64,000 nucleotides of DNA from an uncultured Coriobacteriia bacterium (GCA_963726435.1 CAVSCJ010000007.1:129021-193020), one strand, 5' to 3'. Positions 10,278-20,683 are shown, counted from the stretch's first letter. Translations and numbers: made by a program. Notes: generated by a model not told the origin, from the letters alone.

Positions 10278-10895
10278 ATGCAGTACGTGCGCATGGCACA
10301 GAACAAGTTCTGGGGCTGGGTCGTCGCCTCGACACTCCTGGGATTGGCCATCGGGCTGGTCATCATGTTCTTGAGCGGTGCCTCCGCCACCAACCGGATC
10401 GCCGCTCTGCAGACGCAGCTCGCCAGCGCCAGCACCGACTCCAGCGCCGCGCTGGCCGGAGCCGAAGCCCGCGCCGCGAGCGCGGAGGCCTCGGTCGCGT
10501 CCTTGACGGACCAGGTGGCTCAGCTGACCGCCGACCTTGCGGCGGCTCAGAACGGCGGTACCGTCGTGCCGTCGACTCCCGCCACGCCCACTCTGGTCAT
10601 AGTCTCGCGGACGATCACCCCGGGCACCGTGGACGCGTCCCACACCATCACGATGACAGCGAAGGTCAAGGGCAGCCCCTCGAAGGTGACCATGCGCGTC
10701 TACAACGCCTCGAAGAGCTACGACAAGACGTTCACGCTGCACAAGGTGTCCACCTCTGGGGGGACCCAGACCTGGCGCGCGACGGCGAAGGCGCCGGCGA
10801 CTCCAGGGACCTACAAGTACTACTCGACGGCCACAAAGGGCTCGGTGAAGGTGACGATGCCGGGTCACTTGCCTTCCACGCTGAAGGTGCAGTAG
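10278..10895 (+). CDS. Membrane-anchored hypothetical protein (N-terminal TM, Ala-rich coiled segment, beta-rich C-terminal domain)
   Basis: ATG 10278. TM WGWVVASTLLGLAIGLVIMFL. No family recognised. Confidence 0.5.
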   Translation: MQYVRMAQNKFWGWVVASTLLGLAIGLVIMFLSGASATNRIAALQTQLASASTDSSAALAGAEARAASAEASVASLTDQVAQLTADLAAAQNGGTVVPSTPATPTLVIVSRTITPGTVDASHTITMTAKVKGSPSKVTMRVYNASKSYDKTFTLHKVSTSGGTQTWRATAKAPATPGTYKYYSTATKGSVKVTMPGHLPSTLKVQ

Positions 10896-10924
10896 CGGGG
10901 CGCTCGGTCGAAGCGCGACGAACC

Positions 10925-10958
10925 AGTGAGACCCGGCGATCGGTCGCCGGGTCTCACT
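10925..10958. terminator. Bidirectional hairpin between convergent genes
   Basis: AGTGAGACCCGGCGA-TCGG-TCGCCGGGTCTCACT, a perfect 15-bp stem between the 10278 gene (+) and hsp20 (-). Confidence 0.6.
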
Positions 10959-10987
10959 GTCGGTGGGGGGAGCGGCGGATCCGAGGG

Positions 10988-11470
10988 CTACTCGCCTTCC
11001 ATCGCCTTATGCTCGCCCGACTTCAGCGTGATATGCCGGGTGCGCCTCTCGTGCATGGCAGCGGCCTTCGGCACCACGACCTCGAGGACTCCGTCCTCGT
11101 ACTTCGCGACGATCGCGTCCGGGTCGATCCCGGACGGCAGCGACATGCTGCGTTCGAAGCTGCCGTGGAACGACTCGCGGACCAGGTAGCCGCCCTTCTC
11201 CGTCGTTTCGGTCTCCTCGGCGCGCTTCCCGGTGATCGTCAGGATGTCGTCCGTGACCGAGATGTCGATGTCGCTCTCCGTGACTCCGGGGAGCTCGACG
11301 CGCACGACCATGTCGTCACCGCGCGTGAGGACGTCGGTCGTGGGCGCGAACAGGCCGATCTCGGTACGGCCCTCCTTGGTCGTGGGCGCGAACATCCTCG
11401 ACCACAGGCGGTCCGCGTCACGCTCGAGCGCACCCAGACCCACGAACGGGTCCCACCTCTGCATAGCCAT
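10988..11470 (-). CDS. Hsp20/alpha-crystallin small heat-shock protein
   Basis: WDPF N-terminus. ACD core VRVELPGVTESDIDISVTDDILTITGKR ... GSFERSMSLP ... GVLEVVVPK. Confidence 0.88.
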   Translation of the reverse strand: MAMQRWDPFVGLGALERDADRLWSRMFAPTTKEGRTEIGLFAPTTDVLTRGDDMVVRVELPGVTESDIDISVTDDILTITGKRAEETETTEKGGYLVRESFHGSFERSMSLPSGIDPDAIVAKYEDGVLEVVVPKAAAMHERRTRHITLKSGEHKAMEGE

Positions 11471-11606
11471 GGTTTCCTCCTTTATCGCATCCAGCCGGTA
11501 TCCGCCGGCTCCGTGACTCCGCCGACATGGATACCCGCCTCACGCAGGAGGCGTGCGTAGACGGTGTGGATTCCGACGAGTGAGGGAGAGCCCTCGACGG
11601 GCGGTG

Positions 11607-12230
11607 TCAGGCGGGCGGCAGCCGTTGCGGCTCGGGCTCCGGCAGGTCCGTCACGACCGCCGGTCCCTCCTTCGGCAAGCGCCTGGCGGCCAGACCGAGT
11701 GCCACGGTCGTCGCTCCGATCAGCGCGAGCCATATGCCGAGCAACAGGCCGGCTGTGACCGCGCCCGCCGTCGGCAGCAGGAACACCAGCACGCCGACGC
11801 CAGCGACGAGAAGCCCCCGAAGCAGCCGCAGCCACCACGCGTTGAAGAACGAGCGCCACCGCCAGGACGCGATCATGTCGGCGAGCCCCCAAACCACCGC
11901 GATCGCACCCGCGGCACGGAAGAGGAACTCAGCGAGCGCCTCCGGGCGCAGCAGCGCGTAGGCTCCGAACACCAGAAGCAGCACGCCGGGGATGAAGGAG
12001 ATGGTCCACCAGCCTCCTGTGGCGCGGCGGAGAGAGACCGCCCACGAGATCCAAACGAGGCCCGCTATGGCCGATCCCAGGCCGGTCAGGAACACCAGGA
12101 CGCTCGCCGTCAGCCCGGGGAACCCGGCGACGACTATCCCCACGGCGGCCACCAGGGTTCCCCACACGACGAGCGGGACCCACGTCCGGCGTAGAGAGCC
12201 CGCATCCGAGGTATAGAAGACCGAGGCCAT
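11607..12230 (-). CDS. HdeD/DUF308-like integral membrane protein
   Basis: Six predicted TM segments with repeated W-G/W-x-I signatures. Assignment is by pattern only. Confidence 0.55.
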   Translation of the reverse strand: MASVFYTSDAGSLRRTWVPLVVWGTLVAAVGIVVAGFPGLTASVLVFLTGLGSAIAGLVWISWAVSLRRATGGWWTISFIPGVLLLVFGAYALLRPEALAEFLFRAAGAIAVVWGLADMIASWRWRSFFNAWWLRLLRGLLVAGVGVLVFLLPTAGAVTAGLLLGIWLALIGATTVALGLAARRLPKEGPAVVTDLPEPEPQRLPPA

Positions 12231-12340
12231 CGCGCACCACCCTTCGTCACAGGAGCATGTACCCGTCCGATGGGAGTTCCTGGTGCGAATGCTACGCTTG
12301 GCCGGATCCGTAAGCGCAGCCAGTAGGAGATGACCCGCAA

Positions 12341-13936
12341 GTGGCCCGCATCGCGCTCGCGCAGATCGACTGCACGGTGGGCGACGTCACCGGCAACGCC
12401 GGACTCGTCATCGATGCCGTGAGGGCGTCCATCGCTCGCGACGCCGACATTCTCCTGGTCCCCGAGCTGGCGCTCGCCGGCTATCCGCCCGAGGACCTCG
12501 TCGGCAAGGACCACTTCGTCGACGACGTCCGCCAAGCGCTCGCGCGAGTGGCGTCCGCCTGCGAGGGGATCACCGCGGTGGTGGGCTTCGTGGAGTCCGA
12601 CGGCAAGGTCCTGCACAACGCTGCCGCCGTGTGCTCGGGCGGCGAGGTCGAAGTCTACCGGAAGCGGCGCCTTCCCAACTACGGTGTCTTTGACGAAGAG
12701 CGTTACTTCGAGCCGGGCACGGAGCCTCTGCTGCTCGAGGCCGCCGGCGAGGTATTCGCGGTGACGATCTGCGAGGACGTTTGGGTCCCCGAACTCGTGG
12801 CAGAGGCCGCCAGGGCGGGCGCCACCGTCGTCCTCAACATATCCGCCTCGCCCTTCCACGCGGGGAAGGGCAGCGAACGCGAGGAGATGCTCTGCGACCG
12901 CGCGCGCGACAACGGAGTGTACCTGGCGTACTGCAACCTCGTCGGGGGCCAGGACGAGCTCGTATTCGATGGGCGCTCGTGCGTGATCCACCCCTCAGGT
13001 GAGGTGATCGCGCGCGCGGCCGCGTTCCGGCCCGACCTCGTGGTGGCCGAGGTGCCGGCGGCACCGATCACCGCCCACGAGCACGCTATCCTCGGCGGCC
13101 ACGAGGAGATATGGAGAGCCCTCGTACTGGGACTGAAGGACTACCTCGGCAAGAACGGGTTCTCGGACGCGGTGGTCGGGCTCTCGGGCGGGATCGACTC
13201 CGCTCTGACCGCCGTTCTCGCCGTCGACGCCCTCGGCCCCGAGCACGTCCACGGGGTCGCGATGCCGTCGCGCTACTCGTCCGAGGGAAGCGTGACGGAT
13301 GCCGAGGCCTTGGCACGCAACCTCGGGATCGACTTCCGGACCCTCTCCATCGAGGCCTCGTTCTCGTCCCTGCTCGACACTCTCGCACCCTCCTTCGACG
13401 ATCTGCCTCAGGACGAGACCGAGGAGAACCTCCAGGCGCGGGTGCGCGGGGCGCTGCTGATGGGGCTGTCGAACAAGTTCGGCTGGATCGTCCTGGCCAC
13501 CGGCAACAAGTCGGAGCTGTCGGTCGGCTACTCGACCCTGTACGGGGACATGGTCGGAGGGTTCGCGCCGATCAGGGACCTGTACAAGACGCGCGTCTAC
13601 GAGCTGGCCCGCTGGCGCAACCTCTCCGGGGAGGTCATTCCCGCGGCCACCATCGAGAAGCCCCCGTCGGCGGAGCTTCGGCCCGACCAGGCGGATACGG
13701 ATTCGCTCCCTGAGTACGCGCTGCTCGACCGCGTTCTCGAGGCCTATGTGGAGAACGACCAGTCTATCGACGAGATCGCCGAAGGGGGAGTGCCGCGGGA
13801 GCTCGCGGCGCGCGTCGCGCGTCTCGTGGACGCCGCCGAGTACAAGCGCCGTCAGGGGCCGCTCGGGATACGCGTCACCCCGCGGGCCTTCGGCAAGGAC
13901 CGCCGCATGCCCGTGACCAACCGCTACCGGGGATAG
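12341..13936 (+). CDS. nadE: Glutamine-dependent NAD+ synthetase
   Basis: N-terminal nitrilase/CN-hydrolase domain (IALAQID, ICEDVW). C-terminal NAD synthase (GLSGGIDSAL, ATGNKSELSVGYSTLYGD, EKPPSAEL). Confidence 0.9.
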   Translation: MARIALAQIDCTVGDVTGNAGLVIDAVRASIARDADILLVPELALAGYPPEDLVGKDHFVDDVRQALARVASACEGITAVVGFVESDGKVLHNAAAVCSGGEVEVYRKRRLPNYGVFDEERYFEPGTEPLLLEAAGEVFAVTICEDVWVPELVAEAARAGATVVLNISASPFHAGKGSEREEMLCDRARDNGVYLAYCNLVGGQDELVFDGRSCVIHPSGEVIARAAAFRPDLVVAEVPAAPITAHEHAILGGHEEIWRALVLGLKDYLGKNGFSDAVVGLSGGIDSALTAVLAVDALGPEHVHGVAMPSRYSSEGSVTDAEALARNLGIDFRTLSIEASFSSLLDTLAPSFDDLPQDETEENLQARVRGALLMGLSNKFGWIVLATGNKSELSVGYSTLYGDMVGGFAPIRDLYKTRVYELARWRNLSGEVIPAATIEKPPSAELRPDQADTDSLPEYALLDRVLEAYVENDQSIDEIAEGGVPRELAARVARLVDAAEYKRRQGPLGIRVTPRAFGKDRRMPVTNRYRG

Positions 13937-13951
13937 GCGCGGACGGAGCCG

Positions 13952-14431
13952 ATGTCCGCTTCCCGCGAGCTGCTCCGCCGCGATGACGGCGTCGTCGTGC
14001 GCATCGTCGAGGGCACGGATCCGCTGATGCGCGACGTCGCGGACCTGTGCTACGAGACGCTTCACCGGCCCTTCGGCGTCCCTCGCGACGATTCCTGGAA
14101 CGAGACCGACCCAGCCTCGACCCACATGCTGGCCCTCGAGGGCGGCCGCCTCGTCGGGTACGCGCGCCTCATACTCGAGCCAGCCGGGGGCCACATCCGG
14201 CAAGTCGTGGTCGCCCAGGATAGCCGCCGCAGGGGGATAGCCGAGACGCTCGTCTCGGGTGCGCTCGCGCGGGCGCGCGAGATGGGGGTGGGCGTGGCCT
14301 TCCTCAACGCGCGCGCGAACGCCGTCGGGCTCTACGAGCGGCTGGGCTTCCGGGTCGTCGAAGGGCCGTTCCGGATGGGTAGGACTTACTTGAAGCACGT
14401 GCGGATGGAGAAGGTCCTGCCGGCGCGGTGA
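13952..14431 (+). CDS. GNAT family N-acetyltransferase
   Basis: Motif A VVVAQDSRRRGIAETLV, and LYERLGF. Confidence 0.75.
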   Translation: MSASRELLRRDDGVVVRIVEGTDPLMRDVADLCYETLHRPFGVPRDDSWNETDPASTHMLALEGGRLVGYARLILEPAGGHIRQVVVAQDSRRRGIAETLVSGALARAREMGVGVAFLNARANAVGLYERLGFRVVEGPFRMGRTYLKHVRMEKVLPAR

Positions 14432-14530
14432 GTGGTGTGGAAAAGACTGCCTCATTCACCTACGCTGTGCAGGTGCTTCGTGACGGGGGGCGAACACGCC
14501 GCCCGCAAGAGGTTTCGAGGAGGGAACCGC

Positions 14531-15469
14531 ATGCCCAAGATCACAGCTGAGCAGGTGCGCGTGCCGGCCGACGTACCGGCCGCCGCGCGAGAGGTCTACG
14601 TCGAGAACTACCTCAAGGCGACGCGCGGCACCGGCCGCCTCATGCTGTTCGCCTGCGACCAGAAGATCGAGCATCTCAACGACGACTTCTACGGCGAGAA
14701 CATCGCCGAGGAGGATGGCAGCCCCCTGCACCTGTTCGAGATAGGCTCGAAGGGCTGCATAGGCATCTTCGCCGGGCAGCGCGGCCTGATCTCGCAGTAC
14801 GCGGCCGACTACCCCGAGATCAACTACCTCGTGAAGATGAACAGCAAGACCCACCTCGTGAAGACCTCGCAGGAGGACCCGTACTCGCCGCAGCTCTACG
14901 ACATCCAGACCGTGCTCGACCTCGTCGACAACGGCGTGAACGTGGTCGGGATCGGCTACACGATCTACCTGGGCAGCGAGTACGAGGCACAGATGATGAC
15001 CGAGGCCGCCCAGCTCATAGCGAACGCGCACGCCGAGGGCCTGCTGGTCGTGACGTGGATCTACCCGCGCGGCAAGGCCGTGGCCGACGAGAAGGACCCG
15101 CATCTGATCGCGGGAGCCGCCGGCGTGGCCTGCTGTCTCGGAGCGGACTTCGTGAAGGTCAACCCGCCCAAGAAGACGGAGGCCGCCTCCTCCGCCGCTC
15201 TGCTCGTCGAGTGCACGAAGGCCGCCGGGCGCACCGGCCTGGTGTGCGCCGGAGGGTCGACCGTCGACGCCGAGGTCTTCCTGAACCAGCTCTGGGAGCA
15301 GATCCACCTAGGCGGCGCGATCGGCAACGCCACCGGGCGCAACCTTCACCAGCGACCGCTGCAGGAGGCCATCCGCCTGACCAAGGCGATCAGCGCCATC
15401 ACTCTCGGGGACACGGGTCTGGCCGAGGCCGTCGCGGTCTTCAAGGGCGAGAAGGACTTCTCGATCTAG
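14531..15469 (+). CDS. Class I (DhnA/DeoC-LacD type) fructose-bisphosphate aldolase-like enzyme
   Basis: RBS GAGGAGGGA then ATG 14531. GRLMLFACDQKIEH, DFVKVNPP (Schiff-base Lys context). The ORF-track start 14432 overlaps the upstream gene. Confidence 0.7.
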   Translation: MPKITAEQVRVPADVPAAAREVYVENYLKATRGTGRLMLFACDQKIEHLNDDFYGENIAEEDGSPLHLFEIGSKGCIGIFAGQRGLISQYAADYPEINYLVKMNSKTHLVKTSQEDPYSPQLYDIQTVLDLVDNGVNVVGIGYTIYLGSEYEAQMMTEAAQLIANAHAEGLLVVTWIYPRGKAVADEKDPHLIAGAAGVACCLGADFVKVNPPKKTEAASSAALLVECTKAAGRTGLVCAGGSTVDAEVFLNQLWEQIHLGGAIGNATGRNLHQRPLQEAIRLTKAISAITLGDTGLAEAVAVFKGEKDFSI

Positions 15470-15634
15470 GGCTCCAACCGCCCCGGAAGCAGGTTTCGCG
15501 GCCCGCGGGCGAAGGCGCCGGCGGGCCGCTCGGCCTCCCGGCGCGAGGGCTCGGATCGCGGTCACGGTGGTATCATCGTGCGGTCCGCCTGCCTCGCGTG
15601 GCGGGCCGAATCCACGACTCTAGAGACGGACAGA

Positions 15635-16507
15635 ATGCCCATCTCCGATTGGTTCAAGGCGCGCGAGCAGCGCAACTACACCACGCCGACCGAGACCAGC
15701 ACGCCTTCCGACGTGCCCGACGGAGTGTGGGTCCGCTGCGAGGGGTGCAAGCACACCCTGTACATGGGCGACCTCGAGCGCGATCTGATGGTCTGTCCCC
15801 ACTGCGGGAGGCACCACGACCTCGCCGCACCCGAACGTCTCGAGATGATGGTCGACGAAGGCTCGTTCGCTGCGATCGACGAGGGGCTGACCACTGTCGA
15901 TCCGCTGAAGTTCACCTCGGGCAAGGTCTACGCGGAGCAGGTCGCCTCTGCCGTGGAGCGCACGGGCCTGGAGGAGGCGATCGTCACTGGGCGGGCCACG
16001 ATCGGCGGCCACGCCGTCATCATCGGCGTGATGGACTTCCGCTTCATCGGCGCCTCGATGGGCTCTGTGGTGGGCGAGAAGGTCGCCCGCGCTCTGGAGC
16101 TCGCGCTGGCCGAGCGCACGCCGCTGGTGTTCGTGACCGCCTCGGGCGGCGCTCGCATGCAGGAAGGCATGCTCTCGCTCATGCAGATGGCCAAGACGGC
16201 CGCCGCGGCCGAGCGGCTGTCCGAGGCGGCCGTGCCCTACATCGTCGTTCTCACCAATCCGACCATGGGGGGCGTCACCGCCTCATTCGCCACGCTGGGC
16301 GACGTGCTCATCGCCGAGCCGGGCGCCCTGATCGGGTTCGCCGGTCCGCGCCTCGTGGAGCAGACGATCCGCAAGAGCCTGCCCAAGGGCTTCCAGAGCG
16401 CCGAGTTCCTGCTGGAGCACGGCATGATCGACATGGTGGTGGACCGCCGCGAGCTCAAGGACCGTGTGGCGCTGCTGCTGGCATGCCTGGCGCCCGGGGA
16501 TGAGTGA
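15635..16507 (+). CDS. accD: Acetyl-CoA carboxylase carboxyltransferase beta subunit
   Basis: Zn ribbon CEGCKHTLY...CPHCGRHH. GGARMQEGMLSLMQMAKT, PTMGGVTASFA. Confidence 0.88.
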   Translation: MPISDWFKAREQRNYTTPTETSTPSDVPDGVWVRCEGCKHTLYMGDLERDLMVCPHCGRHHDLAAPERLEMMVDEGSFAAIDEGLTTVDPLKFTSGKVYAEQVASAVERTGLEEAIVTGRATIGGHAVIIGVMDFRFIGASMGSVVGEKVARALELALAERTPLVFVTASGGARMQEGMLSLMQMAKTAAAAERLSEAAVPYIVVLTNPTMGGVTASFATLGDVLIAEPGALIGFAGPRLVEQTIRKSLPKGFQSAEFLLEHGMIDMVVDRRELKDRVALLLACLAPGDE

Positions 16508-16526
16508 CGTGGCGAGGAGATTCGTT

Positions 16527-17477
16527 ATGGAGTTCGAGCGGCCGCTCGTCGAACTCGAGGAGAAGCTTGTCTCACTCAAGCGTCTCGACGTGTCCGAGCA
16601 GCCCGAACTGGCGGCCGAGATCGCCGAGCTCGAGGCCGAGATCGGCCGGCTGCACGAGACCCTCTACGCGGCGCTGACGCCCTGGGAGCGGGTGCAGGTC
16701 TCACGTCATCCCGAGCGCCCGAAGACCGATGACTACCTCCAGGCCCTCTTCACCGACGTGGTCGAGCTGCACGGCGACCGGCTGGCCGGCGACGACGAGG
16801 CGATGTTCGCGGGTCTGGCGGCGTTCGACGGGCGGCGCGTGGCTGTCCTTGGCCACCGCAAGGGCAAGAACACGAACGAGAACGTCCGGCGCAACTTCGG
16901 ATCCCCGCATCCCGAGGGCTTCCGCAAGGCGGAGAGGGTCATGCGTCTCGCGGACCGGTTCGGGCTCCCGATCGTCACGTTCCTCGACACCGCCGGCGCC
17001 TATCCAGGCATCGAAGCGGAGGAGCGAGGACAGGCCGTCTCCATCGCCGGCTGCCTCGCGACGCTGTCGGCGGTCAGGGTCCCGGTGATCGTCGTGGGCA
17101 TCGGAGAGGGCGGGAGTGGCGGCGCTCTCGCCATCGGCTTCGGTGACCGGCTCATCATGCTCGAGAACGCCTATTACTCGGTGATCAGTCCCGAGATGTG
17201 CGCGACGATCCTGCACAAGGACGCCCGCCGTGCTTCGGAGACCTCGGCCTGCCTGCAGCTCACGGCCCAGGACCTTCTGCGGCTCGGCTTGGCCGACGCG
17301 CTCGTCGCCGAGCCGCGCGGTGGCGCGCATCGCGATCCGGGAATGGTCTACGAGGGAGTGCGCGAAGCGCTCTCGAAGGCATTGGACGAACTCGCCGATG
17401 TGGACGCCGCGACGCTGCCGGGGGCGCGCTACGAGCGGCTGAGGAAGACGGGAGTGTTCGCAGAGGGGGAGCGATGA
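16527..17477 (+). CDS. accA: Acetyl-CoA carboxylase carboxyltransferase alpha subunit
   Basis: RBS GGCGAGGAGA then ATG 16527; an alternative ATG at 16500 overlaps accD. FLDTAGAYPGIEAEERGQ, GEGGSGGALA. Confidence 0.85.
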   Translation: MEFERPLVELEEKLVSLKRLDVSEQPELAAEIAELEAEIGRLHETLYAALTPWERVQVSRHPERPKTDDYLQALFTDVVELHGDRLAGDDEAMFAGLAAFDGRRVAVLGHRKGKNTNENVRRNFGSPHPEGFRKAERVMRLADRFGLPIVTFLDTAGAYPGIEAEERGQAVSIAGCLATLSAVRVPVIVVGIGEGGSGGALAIGFGDRLIMLENAYYSVISPEMCATILHKDARRASETSACLQLTAQDLLRLGLADALVAEPRGGAHRDPGMVYEGVREALSKALDELADVDAATLPGARYERLRKTGVFAEGER

Positions 17478-18724
17478 GCGGCGCATCCGTGATCAAGCGC
17501 GTCGGGATGATCTTCTCCGGGGGACCTGCTCCCGCTGCCAACGCGGTCATCTCCGCCGCGGCGCTGAACTTCCTCAACTGCGGTGTGCACGTGATCGGCT
17601 TCCTCGACGGATACGAGGACCTCGAGCAGTACTCGCCCGAGCGCCCACTCCTGATGGGAGAGCACTACCTGGACCTGTCGATCGACGACGTGTCGGGCAT
17701 CCGCAACCGCAAGGACATCATCCTGCGGACGTCGCGGGCGAATCCGGGCCAGGCGATCACGTCTCTCGCGGACCTGAAGGACCCCGAGAAGAACTCGAAG
17801 CTCATGACGGTCTACCGGGCCCTCGAGTCCCTCGAGATCGACGGCCTGATATCCATCGGCGGCGACGACACCCTCAAGACCGCCAACTACATCTACGAGA
17901 TGCAGCATGTGGTCCCGGGATTGCGCCCCATCTCGGTCGTGCACCTCCCGAAGACGATCGACAACGACTACTACGGTATCGACTGGACCTTCGGGTTCAC
18001 GTCGGCGGCCCACTTCGCGGCGATGGAGATCGTCAACATCGGCGCCGACGCGAAGTCCACGAAGTCCTGGTACGTCCTCGAGCTCATGGGGCGCAAGGCA
18101 GGCTGGCTGACGTACGCCGCCGGCATCGCGGGCGAGGCCACGCGCATGCTCTCGGTCGAGGACGTGGACGGTACCTGGGACCTCGAAGGGTACGCGGAGG
18201 AGATGGTCGAGCTCATGCTCGTGAGGGCGGCGGACCACCGCGAGTACGGCGTCATCTGCGTGGCCGAGGGGCTGGCGGAGCGGCTCCCGCCGGACCAGCA
18301 GCCGCGCGAGGTCGACACGCACGGCAACTCCCTGCTCGGCTCCGCCAGGATCGGGGACCGGCTCAGCGTCGCAATGGAGAAGGCGTACAAGGAGCGGACC
18401 GGGATCGCGATCAAGGTACGCAGCAAGCAGATCGGCTACGAGGCTCGCTGCGCATCGCCGATCGCCTTCGACATCCTTCTCGGCAGCCAGCTCGGCGTCG
18501 GCGCGTATCGCGCGCTCGCGATCGAGTGCCTGAGTGGCCACATGGTCTCGGTGCGCGACCAGCTGCAACTGGTCTACGTGCCCTTCGGCGACCTGATCGA
18601 CCCGGAGACCCTGCACACCCGTGTGCGCTTCATCGAGAGGGACTCCGACTTCTACCGGCTTGCGCGGGCGCTCGAGTACGGCCCCTCGGAGGTCGTCGTT
18701 CCCAGACGCCGCCGCAACGACTAG
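17474..18724 (+). CDS. Phosphofructokinase, PPi-dependent type (GGDDT motif)
   Basis: ATG 17474 overlaps the accA stop. IFSGGPAPAANAV, SIGGDDTLKTA, PKTIDND, ELMGRKAGWL. GGDD rather than GGDG suggests PPi dependence (inference). Confidence 0.8.
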   Translation: MSGASVIKRVGMIFSGGPAPAANAVISAAALNFLNCGVHVIGFLDGYEDLEQYSPERPLLMGEHYLDLSIDDVSGIRNRKDIILRTSRANPGQAITSLADLKDPEKNSKLMTVYRALESLEIDGLISIGGDDTLKTANYIYEMQHVVPGLRPISVVHLPKTIDNDYYGIDWTFGFTSAAHFAAMEIVNIGADAKSTKSWYVLELMGRKAGWLTYAAGIAGEATRMLSVEDVDGTWDLEGYAEEMVELMLVRAADHREYGVICVAEGLAERLPPDQQPREVDTHGNSLLGSARIGDRLSVAMEKAYKERTGIAIKVRSKQIGYEARCASPIAFDILLGSQLGVGAYRALAIECLSGHMVSVRDQLQLVYVPFGDLIDPETLHTRVRFIERDSDFYRLARALEYGPSEVVVPRRRRND

Positions 18725-18811
18725 GCGCCACCGGGCGCGTGGTGCGGTTCGCTCGCGGGAATGGCACGACGCTTGTTGTATGGTCGCCGGCCGACCCGCG
18801 TCTGGAGGGGC

Positions 18812-19198
18812 ATGAAGCGTCTCGTAGCCATCCTCACGACCGCACTGCTGGTACTCGCGATGTCCGCGGGACCCGCTTTCGCGTACTCGTGCTCCGGTGA
18901 CGCGTGCTGCACCGGCGCCGGGTGCGCTCCCAAGGCCTCGCCCTCGTGCGAGCCTTCGATCGTCCCCGCGTGCCCGATGGCGGGCGGCGGACGAGCCGTG
19001 AGCAACGCCGGGTGCATGCACGGAGGAGAGCACGAGCCGTACGGCGCCACTTCCGCTCGGGCGGACGCGGCCCCGGCGGCACTCAGCGTCTCGGCGGTCG
19101 CCGTTCCGGGCGCGCGCCTGCTGGCTGCCCTGCACTGCGAGGGATTCGCCCCTGACGCCCGCGGTGCGCCCCACCTCACAACGGTCATCCGTATCTGA
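18812..19198 (+). CDS. Small secreted Cys-rich protein (8 Cys after the signal peptide)
   Basis: ATG 18812. Signal MKRLVAILTTALLVLAMSAGPAFA, then YSCSGDACCTGAGCAPKASPSCEPSIVPACPMAGGG...GCMHGGEH. It lies at the head of the copper cluster. Confidence 0.55.
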   Translation: MKRLVAILTTALLVLAMSAGPAFAYSCSGDACCTGAGCAPKASPSCEPSIVPACPMAGGGRAVSNAGCMHGGEHEPYGATSARADAAPAALSVSAVAVPGARLLAALHCEGFAPDARGAPHLTTVIRI

Positions 19199-19344
19199 TC
19201 CCTCTCATCCCGCCGGTCCGCGGCAGCAGTAGCCCGCTGTGCCGACCGTCGACCGGGCGCGCCTGCGCGCCCCGGGTCCGCTTCCCTTCGGCGTGCTCGC
19301 GCGCGCACTATGGGAACCGCAACGGATGAGAGGTCTCCAAACAC

Positions 19345-20628
19345 GTGAATCTGTTCCCGACGCTCTTCGCTGTCGGTCTGGTGACGAGCATCCACTGCAT
19401 CTTCATGTGCGGCGGGCTCGTGCTGACATACGCCGTCAAGGGCACCGAGACGGGGCCTTGGTACCGGCGGCTCGCGCCGCACCTCGCGTACCAGGGCTCC
19501 AAGATCTTGAGCTACGCGACCGTCGCGCTGATCCTGGGCGGGATCGTCGTGCTGCTCGGGCGCGCCGTGGACATCACACCCTTCCGTAACTGGCTCATGG
19601 TCGTGGCCGGCGTGTACATGCTGCTGCTCGGCATCTCGATGACCGGCAAGGTCAAAGCGCTGCGCTACCTGACGCCGAGGCCGCCGAAGTTCCTAGTGAC
19701 CGCGCTCTCGCGCAACCGCAAGAAGGCGACGGCGGACGCCGCAGAAGGTCACGCCTCGCTCGCCACCCCGATCATGTTCGGCCTGCTCACAGGCCTGATG
19801 CCCTGCGCTCCGCTCATAGCGGCGCAGGCGTCGGCTATGGCCTCGGGCTCTCCGCTGCTCGGCGCGTGGGGCATGGTGGGCTTCGGCCTCGGCACAATGC
19901 CGCTCATGCTGGTCTTCGGCTTCGCCTCGTCTCTCCTGTCCCGCCGCTTCCAAGACAAGCTGCAGGTCGTCGCCGCTGCCGCCGTGATGATCTTCGCGGT
20001 CGTGATCCTCAACCGCGGCCTCATGCTCGTCGGATCGCCCGTCACCTTCGACAGCGTTCGCGCGGCGGTGGTCGGAACCTCGGCCTCCCCGCCGCAGACG
20101 CAGTACGCCACCGGGGGCGACGGCGTCATCGAGGTCCCGCTGGTGATCGAGAACACCCGGTACGTCCCGCAGACGGTCACCGTCCCCGCGGACACTCCGT
20201 TCCGGCTCGTCGTCGACAGGCGCGAGGCCGACGCGTGCTCCGCGCAGATCTCCGTCCCCGATGCGGGCGTGCTGGCCGACCTGAAGGACAACGCCGTCAC
20301 CACGGTCGATGTCCCTCCGATGAGCGCCGGGACCCACACGCTCACATGCGGCATGGGCATGATGTCGGGAAGCATCGTCGTCGGGGCGTCATCCGCTTCG
20401 ATCGGTGGCGCAGGCATCCCGATGCTGCTCGCTCTCGGACTCGCCGTTCTCGCATTGGCCGGGTACGGCGTCTACCACCACCGGAAGCGCATCGCCGCGC
20501 ATCCGAACGCTGCGCGCTCATCGGACGGCACGCTGTGGGGATTCACGCCGATCGAGTTCATCGTCGGCACCACGATCATCCTCGCGGCCGTCGTCATCGG
20601 ACTGTTGTCCGGAGGCTTCTTCCGCTAG
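19345..20628 (+). CDS. DsbD_2/TauE-like polytopic membrane protein fused to a cupredoxin-like domain
   Basis: N-terminus FAVGLVTSIHCIFMCGGLV (Cys pair within a TM). C-terminal beta domain VIENTRYVPQTVTVPADTPFRLVV...AGTHTLTCGMGMMSGSIVV, then two more TM segments. Confidence 0.75.
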   Translation: MNLFPTLFAVGLVTSIHCIFMCGGLVLTYAVKGTETGPWYRRLAPHLAYQGSKILSYATVALILGGIVVLLGRAVDITPFRNWLMVVAGVYMLLLGISMTGKVKALRYLTPRPPKFLVTALSRNRKKATADAAEGHASLATPIMFGLLTGLMPCAPLIAAQASAMASGSPLLGAWGMVGFGLGTMPLMLVFGFASSLLSRRFQDKLQVVAAAAVMIFAVVILNRGLMLVGSPVTFDSVRAAVVGTSASPPQTQYATGGDGVIEVPLVIENTRYVPQTVTVPADTPFRLVVDRREADACSAQISVPDAGVLADLKDNAVTTVDVPPMSAGTHTLTCGMGMMSGSIVVGASSASIGGAGIPMLLALGLAVLALAGYGVYHHRKRIAAHPNAARSSDGTLWGFTPIEFIVGTTIILAAVVIGLLSGGFFR

Positions 20629-20683
20629 CACACACACCGCCGCAGGCGACGTTCGCCGGCGGCACCCGAAAGGACTCCAGAAC

